A DNA stretch of 21,362 nt, taken from contig JBDKRC010000337.1 in NCBI GenBank assembly GCA_039683575.1, forward strand, positions 1 through 21,362. Direction: 5' to 3'. The translations under genes and the position numbers were made by a program. This DNA comes from Armatimonadia bacterium (GTDB taxonomy: Bacteria > Armatimonadota > Zipacnadia > Zipacnadales > UBA11051). A model generated the notes under the pieces. That model did not search any database. It worked only from the letters and a program-made list of their open reading frames with translations, and was not told the DNA's origin. This document shows positions 16,801 through 21,362 of this stretch, one piece after another; the first letter of the stretch is position 1; every line of letters starts with the position of its first letter.

Positions 16801-17392
16801 GCAGCGGCCGGGAGTAGTTGCTCCCGGGCCCGCCCAGGTTGGTCTTGAACCGGTACTGCCCGCCCGAGATCCCCTCACCCTCGCCCAGCGTCAGCCCGCC
16901 CTCGAAGACCCGGTGCGCTGCCAGTACTGGCCGGAGTTCCACGTCGTCATACATTCCGGTCCCGTTCACCGTCCACTGCCCCAACCGGCAGATTGACCCC
17001 GTCCGCTTGCCGGGCACGCAGAACACTGATGAGTATCGCTGCCACTTCTCGCTCATGCCATAGTCGCGGTTGCAGTAGTCCGGGCCGGTGACGAAACACC
17101 CGCCGCTGGTGCCGGGCTTGGTCCTGCCCCAGAAGGACATGCGGTAGGTGGCCATCGGCTGCAGTTCGGGCATGGGGCATGACCAGTAGTTCGAGGCCTT
17201 GCCATCGCCGGTCACCGAGATGCTGCGCAAGCCGGTGTGACCCTCCTTTTCCCACTGGCCGATCCCGTCCTTGAGGGTCCATCCCGCGGGAGCCTGGGTC
17301 CCCTCCTCGAAAGAGGGATTCGGCAGCAGGTTCTGCGCCCCCGCCGCCGTCAGAACCAGCAGTAACATGGTCGGGAAAAGTAGGTTTCGCAT
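13877..17392 (-). CDS. Large secreted DUF4091/GH123-like glycoside hydrolase with carbohydrate-binding-module-like domains
   Basis: Signal peptide from ATG 17392 (GAGGTG RBS); NLLPNPSFEEG CBM4/9-like domain; AARNEYEPFQL, WPDPL, PLWITV; Y.Y.YDEP; WWYVCCGP; GNGDGRFIYP; SIRWEMLREGLEDYEY. Confidence 0.85.
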   Translation of the reverse strand: MRNLLFPTMLLLVLTAAGAQNLLPNPSFEEGTQAPAGWTLKDGIGQWEKEGHTGLRSISVTGDGKASNYWSCPMPELQPMATYRMSFWGRTKPGTSGGCFVTGPDYCNRDYGMSEKWQRYSSVFCVPGKRTGSICRLGQWTVNGTGMYDDVELRPVLAAHRVFEGGLTLGEGEGISGGQYRFKTNLGGPGSNYSRPLHSATASFNSSRWVFGPGNEVIYRQELPGVTQTKASVTIQIGWYSAGTCLVEAGTEPGKWQPVGQMNDKGSKTFDLPAGLFPAKAVYVRLRSPGAQEQSKDFAPGAFQVHAYEYQAALDKDLGKLDGSTSFLNVLKDTGKMTVAIRSLGALLPGDEAIEAVLLAKGPALKGELVAQFEPGGETKAAFTVPGDGGSAVVKVPYSIGRDGEHKLNLIAKVNGVTEWQAEAEFFVPALYASNYGYAVASEANADLWWCEGTYKISQTRAAPTKKAAVGIAAARNEYEPFQLVLRPKRDLKGLTAQVSEFVGPGGAKIGAEAFTVKQVEYLKVDTPTDGSSTPGWWPDPLPELRGERPERAGTAGAVKAPGLQKGRNYPLWITVKVPMQARAGVYKGFVTVKSEGLDAKVPVSLQVYDFTMPSKSHLTTAWGFSFGRVKQYQNLTDPADQQKVFDLYMQDFREHRISPYNFFQLAPLTVNVSGVIWNGGKIVDDQALTGKSSLYINDDSDTKVIAAMHNGRLPVEAGQTYRLSWAAKAEPGQEYQVTLGCFDATGKWFSGRNTDLVYKGSGQWERQEVALTPERFPAGCVAVDLTLRPVRWSEKGERTGAVWFDDLYFGKLEGAGGPQSAPTGNLIKDASFEAGTGGVQVTVDWTAFDKAASRYLNEFGFNSFRLPVNFLGGGRSGEYYKGKIGPFEEGTPEYERLFASHIQELQNHLEQKGWLDEAYLYWYDEPEPNDYPVVTRTNERIHKYAPKLNRMLTEQPEKALLGFVDTWCPVSYNYDRKICQERQAAGEKVWWYVCCGPKAPYAGLFIDHGATDLRVWMWQTWQNKVEGCLIWESTWWDSAAAPHRPQNPWTDPMGWTPEGGCWGNGDGRFIYPANRDYPNDKKAYVEGPVDSIRWEMLREGLEDYEYFYLLNECVKKGLMKTEAAKALLEVPVEVSEDMTHFAREPQPLYAHRAKLAAALEKCKVDRLGIR
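14922..14945 (+). repeat. GTAG REP-like palindrome embedded in frame in a CDS
   Basis: GTAG-GGGCGGAC-TGCG-GTCCGCCC, 24 nt with a perfect 8-bp stem; lies in the segment encoding AGGPQSAPT on the minus strand. Confidence 0.75.
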
Positions 17393-17409
17393 CAGGCTCA
17401 CCTCGCGCA

Positions 17410-17418
17410 AATATACCA
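17410..17418 (-). promoter_or_regulatory. Possible extended -10 promoter of the DUF4091 gene
   Basis: TG-G-TATATT just upstream of the GAGGTG RBS; no clear -35. Confidence 0.35.
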
Positions 17419-17629
17419 GAAGCGGTAATATCTGCTTTTTGCCCCAAATCGTTACATTGGTTAACTTCGTTTGCGCAACTTGGGGTGGAATTGGGCACGT
17501 TCAGGCAGTCATTTTGACCGCCCACGCATAACTTCCCCACCGGCGCCATGTTCCCTCCGCCGCGCAGGAAATACCCTTGGTCCTGACGAAGGGGGTTCAA
17601 ATCCGCTTCGCTTCAGTCAGGAGGGTGTT

Positions 17630-18835
17630 TTGCCCCAACTCCTCGAACTCACCGTCGGCCCAAAGAAGGCCCAGATAACCGGCCAGGACCATCTCGCCCT
17701 GCAAGCCGCCGTAGACCGCGTAGCGGCCCTTGGCTGGGGCACGGTGCGGGTTCTGCCCGGGGTCTACGACATGGGCAACTCCCTTTTCCTGCGCTCCCGA
17801 GTCAACCTCGTGGGTTCCGGTGACGATACTATCCTCCGCAAGCGCCGCTCCGCCACCACCCGCCTGACCGACGACATAGACTGGTACGGCACGGTAGTGC
17901 CGGTAGCCGACCCCGGCATCTTCGAGGTCGGCGGCGGCCTTCTGCTCCGCGGCAAGTGCCCCCATTCAGGCCAGCAGAACTTCGTAAAAGCCACTGTGGT
18001 GGCCATACAGGGGCATTCAGTCCACATTGACCACGACCCGCGGAAGAACTTCTGGATCGATGCCGAAGCCGAGGCAGCGACCCTTTTTCCCATAGTCACC
18101 GGCGATCACGTGAATGACATTTCCATCCGCGACCTGGCCATAGACGGCAATATGGCCGAGAATGAGAACCTGAACGGCAACTACGGCGGCGGCATCTTCA
18201 TCCAGGACTGCGACCGGGTGACCATCAGCGACGTTTTGAGCCACGACAACAACGGCGACGGCATTAGCTGGCAGGTGTGTGATGATGTTACCGTCGAGAA
18301 CTGCCGGCTGCTTGACAACGCCGACCTCGGCCTGCACCCCGGCAGCGGCTCGCAGCGGCCCATTATCCGGGGGAATGTGTCTCGGGGCAATGACATCGGC
18401 CTGTTCTTTTGCTGGGGCATCCGCAAGGGCCTGGCCGAGAACAATGACCTGCAGCACAACCGCAAATACGGGATCTCTATCGGCCACCGTGATACCGACA
18501 ACCTGATTCGGCACAACCATATCGCGAATAGCGGAGTCTGTGGTGTCCTCTTTCGCGAGCACCCTCACTCTGGGCGGGACCCGCACCGGAATGTGCTCGA
18601 GCACAACGTCATCGAGAACAGCGGGACCAAGGGGGACTGTGTGGCCATCGAGATGCTGGGGGCCGCTGAGGATGTGGTGCTGCGGGACAACCAGCTTCTC
18701 GACAGCCGCAAACGCGGCAAGTCCCGACGGCGGATTGGTCTGCGAGTGGGCAATAATATCAGGAACCTGGTATACGAGCGGAACATCTACCAGGGTATGG
18801 ACGAAGATGTTGTTGATCTTCGTGAAGAACCTTGA
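17630..18835 (+). CDS. Right-handed parallel beta-helix repeat protein (pectin-lyase-like fold); start probably TTG 17630
   Basis: ALQAAVD....GWGTV.VLPG.Y N-cap; repeated N..DGI / N...GI / N...GV beta-helix rungs; AGGAGG RBS 5 nt upstream of the TTG; no signal peptide visible. Confidence 0.82.
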   Translation: MPQLLELTVGPKKAQITGQDHLALQAAVDRVAALGWGTVRVLPGVYDMGNSLFLRSRVNLVGSGDDTILRKRRSATTRLTDDIDWYGTVVPVADPGIFEVGGGLLLRGKCPHSGQQNFVKATVVAIQGHSVHIDHDPRKNFWIDAEAEAATLFPIVTGDHVNDISIRDLAIDGNMAENENLNGNYGGGIFIQDCDRVTISDVLSHDNNGDGISWQVCDDVTVENCRLLDNADLGLHPGSGSQRPIIRGNVSRGNDIGLFFCWGIRKGLAENNDLQHNRKYGISIGHRDTDNLIRHNHIANSGVCGVLFREHPHSGRDPHRNVLEHNVIENSGTKGDCVAIEMLGAAEDVVLRDNQLLDSRKRGKSRRRIGLRVGNNIRNLVYERNIYQGMDEDVVDLREEP

Positions 18836-18879
18836 GGGTGTGGGCAGCGTCGGTGACGAAGGAGACCGGTGCTGGCGGG

Positions 18880-18923
18880 GATGCTTCGCTTGGCGGACGC
18901 GGACGTCCGCGCCCAGAATGACA
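18880..18923 (-). repeat. Chimeric repeat: TGTCATTCTG...AAGCGAAGCATC element with a 22-nt palindromic insert
   Basis: Minus strand reads TGTCATTCTG-[GGCGCGGACGTCCGCGTCCGCC]-AAGCGAAGCATC, against TGTCATCCTG-AACG-AAGTGAAGGATC in the other copies. Confidence 0.65.
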
Positions 18924-18966
18924 TAGCCTGCGGTCGCGCGGGCTCGTGAAGCCTTTGTTCCGGCCC

Positions 18967-19001
18967 CTTATCCCTGAATCCTGAACCCTGAGACCTGACA
19001 A
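18967..19001. repeat. Heptamer tandem repeat (CTGANNC-type) directly before the protease start codon
   Basis: CTTATCC CTGAATC CTGAACC CTGAGAC CTGACAA. Confidence 0.75.
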
Positions 19002-19003
19002 AC

Positions 19004-20116
19004 ATGACCTGGTCATTCCAGATCGGTAAGCTCTTCGGAATTCCCCTGCGGGTGCATCTCACGTTCCTGCTGCTCTTGTTCCTCGTCTTCATCACTCCCC
19101 CGGGCGAGCATGGCTTTGGCGGGTTCACCGGTGCGGCGTTCATCGCCGCGCTGTTCGCCTGTGTGGTCATCCACGAGCTCGCCCACAGCCTCGTAGCGCG
19201 GCACTATGGCGTGGCGGTGCGCCACATCATCCTGCTGCCCATCGGCGGGATCTCGATGATGGAGAGGATGCCCGATGAGCCGCACGAGGAGCTTAACGTG
19301 GCGGTGGTGGGGCCGCTGACGAGCCTCGCGCTCGCCATTGTTCTGGGGGCGATCGTATACTTCCTCGGGGGGCTCACGCCGCTCATGCACCCCTTGCGGC
19401 TTGACGGGTACCACTTCCTGGCCCGGCTGGCGTGGCTGAATCTCATCCTGGCCGGGTTCAACCTGCTTCCCGCCTTCCCCACTGACGGCGGGCGGGTGCT
19501 GCGGGCGATCCTGGCCCTGCGGATGGACTATGCCCAGGCCACCCACACCGCCGCAGTGATTGGCCAGCTCATGGCGATCCTGCTTGGCATCTGGGGCCTC
19601 TTGGGTGGCAACCTGCTGCTGCTCCTGATCGCGGTCTTCGTCTACATGGGAGCCTCGGCCGAGGACACGCAGGTGCGTCTGCGGCACACGCTGCGGGAAG
19701 TGCCGGCCACGAGCGCGATGGTCAGCGAGTTCAGATCGCTGGACAAAGACGAACCGCTCTCGGATGCTTTCGCGTTCGCCAGTCACAGCTATCAGCACGA
19801 TTTCCCGGTGACGGACGAGGGGCAGCTTGTGGGGCTGGTCACGCGGCAGGCCTTGATCTCGGGGATACATGAACGCGGCGGCGATGTGAAGGTCGCGGAG
19901 GTCATGGTAGGGAATCCTTGCAGGGTAGGGCCGGGGGATTCGCTCGCAGACATATACCAGCAGATATCCACGGGCGCCTGTCCGATCGCGGCGGTGATGG
20001 ATGGTAGCCAGCTTCTGGGGCTGGTGACGCCGGAGAGTGTGAGCCAGTACGTGCTGGCGTCGGCGTATCAGAGGCGGGGCGGGCATCAGGTGGTGGAGCC
20101 GCCGCCGGAGGAGTAG
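19004..20116 (+). CDS. Site-2 protease (peptidase M50) with two CBS domains
   Basis: GKLFGIPLRVH, HELAH zinc motif, GP..S, FNLLPAFPTDGGRVLRA, C-terminal CBS pair (FPVTD.GQLVGLVT, AVMD..QLLGLVT). Confidence 0.93.
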   Translation: MTWSFQIGKLFGIPLRVHLTFLLLLFLVFITPPGEHGFGGFTGAAFIAALFACVVIHELAHSLVARHYGVAVRHIILLPIGGISMMERMPDEPHEELNVAVVGPLTSLALAIVLGAIVYFLGGLTPLMHPLRLDGYHFLARLAWLNLILAGFNLLPAFPTDGGRVLRAILALRMDYAQATHTAAVIGQLMAILLGIWGLLGGNLLLLLIAVFVYMGASAEDTQVRLRHTLREVPATSAMVSEFRSLDKDEPLSDAFAFASHSYQHDFPVTDEGQLVGLVTRQALISGIHERGGDVKVAEVMVGNPCRVGPGDSLADIYQQISTGACPIAAVMDGSQLLGLVTPESVSQYVLASAYQRRGGHQVVEPPPEE

Positions 20117-20150
20117 GCTGTGTGTTCGCTGTAGGCGGGGCGTGAGTGGG

Positions 20151-20184
20151 TCGGTGATTGATCCTTCACTTCGTTCAGGATGAC
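20151..20184 (-). repeat. Further copy of the GTCATCCTGAACGAAGTGAAGGATC repeat, inverted
   Basis: Reverse complement GTCATCCTGAACGAAGTGAAGGATCAATCACCGA matches 13810..13843 at 33/34 nt. Confidence 0.9.
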
Positions 20185-20272
20185 GAAGAGGTAGGATGAC
20201 GGAGAGGTTGGATGACAACGATTTGGTGGCGTGGGGTGGGGGCGGTGGGGTGGATTTCGCGCCAGGACTTCC

Positions 20273-21235
20273 ATGACCGGTACTCCCCTTACATCTGACG
20301 AACGTCTGGCCTGGCTGGGGTTGGCCTGGGGCGCGGAGCTTGGGCCGGCCGGGTTTGCGCGGGTGCTTGCGGCGCATGGCAGTGCCCGGGAGGCTATTGG
20401 CGTCCCGGAAACTGACCTCGTCAACGGTGAGGCGCGGCTGAAGGCCTATCAGGCGGCCGTGGTGCCTACTCTTCAGAACACGCTCAGCCTCTATGAGCGG
20501 CAGGCTGAGGAACTGGTTCAACAGGGCGTGCAGGTTTTGCTCTCGCTCGATCCGGGCTACCCAGCCATAATTCGCACACTGCCGCATCCCCCACCCGTGG
20601 TTTGCATGCGGGGCAACGTACTGCCCATCGATGACCTTGCGGTCGCCATAGTCGGTACCCGCACCCCCAGCCATGAGGGGGCGGACATGGCAGGCAACCT
20701 GTCCGCTATCGCTGTCTCGGAGGATTTCACCGTTGTCAGCGGACTGGCGCGAGGCATTGACACGGCGGCGCATCTCGGGGCTTTGGGGCGGGAGGGTCGG
20801 ACGATTGCGGTGATGGGCAACGGCATTCTACGCGTCCACCCCCCGGAGAACGAGGAACTGGCCGAGCGCATCGTGCACAGCGGTTGCGTGCTGTCCGAAC
20901 TGCCGCCGTATGCCGAGCCGACGATCCCGAACCTCATGGCTCGCAACAGGTTGATCAGCCTGTTTTCGCGCGGGGTGATCGTGGTGGAGTGCGGGAGCAC
21001 CGGCGGGAGCCTGGCGACGGCGCAGGCGGCCATGCAGCAGCGGCGCGAGCTCTATGTGGTCGAGTGGCCGGTGGACCAGGAGAAGCGGATGGGGAACAAG
21101 CAGTTGGTGCACCTGGGCGGACAGAAGCTTGCGGGGCCGCAGGAGATGCGTGAGATGTGCCTGAAGCTGCGGGGGAAGCGGCCGGCGGTGGAGGCGAAGG
21201 CAGAGGCCGGGAAGGTGCAGATGACGCTGTTCTAG
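20273..21235 (+). CDS. dprA: DNA-processing protein DprA (Smf)
   Basis: YP......PP....RG, AVAIVGTR, VVSGLARGIDTAAH, TIAVMGNG, PPEN..L, LSE.PP, ARNRLIS, GGSL.TA..A..Q.R; ATG 20273 preferred. Confidence 0.93.
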   Translation: MTGTPLTSDERLAWLGLAWGAELGPAGFARVLAAHGSAREAIGVPETDLVNGEARLKAYQAAVVPTLQNTLSLYERQAEELVQQGVQVLLSLDPGYPAIIRTLPHPPPVVCMRGNVLPIDDLAVAIVGTRTPSHEGADMAGNLSAIAVSEDFTVVSGLARGIDTAAHLGALGREGRTIAVMGNGILRVHPPENEELAERIVHSGCVLSELPPYAEPTIPNLMARNRLISLFSRGVIVVECGSTGGSLATAQAAMQQRRELYVVEWPVDQEKRMGNKQLVHLGGQKLAGPQEMREMCLKLRGKRPAVEAKAEAGKVQMTLF

Positions 21236-21270
21236 ACGGCGGGTGACCCCGTTGGGGCATACGCGTAAAC

Positions 21271-21360
21271 TTAAGCGCTCAGCTGGTCCCAATCCAGCCC
21301 GACTTGCTCAAGCGAGCGGCGGCGGCGGTCGTGGCGCGGGCTGTCGCAGAGCGAGCGCGC
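21271..21360 (-). CDS. Possible 3' end of a convergent gene (...ARSLCDSPRHDRRRRSLEQVGLDWDQLSA*), truncated by the window edge
   Basis: Open frame from the window end to TAA at 21273..21271, convergent on dprA; no recognisable motif. Confidence 0.3.
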   Translation of the reverse strand, partial: ARSLCDSPRHDRRRRSLEQVGLDWDQLSA

Positions 21361-21362
21361 GA

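Noticed and set aside
17560-17612. tRNA or tRNA-derived att site suggested by GGTTCAAATCC
   Set aside because: The T-stem is mismatched, no acceptor, D or anticodon arms can be built, and there is no CCA end or nearby integrase.
19013-20773. 586-aa minus-strand ORF
   Set aside because: Antisense to the M50 protease and dprA. It reads through an intergenic repeat (RHPERSEGS is the repeat translation) and has no recognisable domain.
19004-21235. A natural-competence system linking dprA with the prepilin genes
   Set aside because: They are about 19 kb apart with unrelated genes between, and no comEC, comEA, comM or pilus motor genes are in the window.

Overview
GC-rich bacterial window. The DUF1559 prepilin signature [20 protein letters not shown] and the gene content suggest Armatimonadota (inference). 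Left to right: (1) a prepilin-type gene cut off after [17 protein letters not shown] by what looks like the end of an IS element, followed by an intact DUF1559/H-X9-DG prepilin-like paralog; (2) a divergent ABC ATPase, permease and TPR-protein operon resembling the pilin-associated PilH/PilI/PilG (Xap-like) module, whose ATPase probably starts at a non-canonical ATA; (3) a URO-D-family gene; (4) a six-gene minus-strand lipid-linked glycosylation cluster (GT-C/ArnT-like, nucleotide-sugar epimerase, GT2, GT4, SAM methyltransferase, flippase-like), apparently driven by a near-consensus sigma70 promoter as a leaderless mRNA; (5) a secreted CE7-like acetyl esterase and a large DUF4091/GH123-like protein carrying a circularly permuted CBM-like insert whose linker is encoded by a REP palindrome; (6) a beta-helix protein, an M50-CBS site-2 protease and DprA. 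Intergenic regions hold several REP-like repeat families and 7-mer tandem repeats. No CRISPR array, rRNA or intact tRNA was seen. All family calls come from motif recognition, not database searches.
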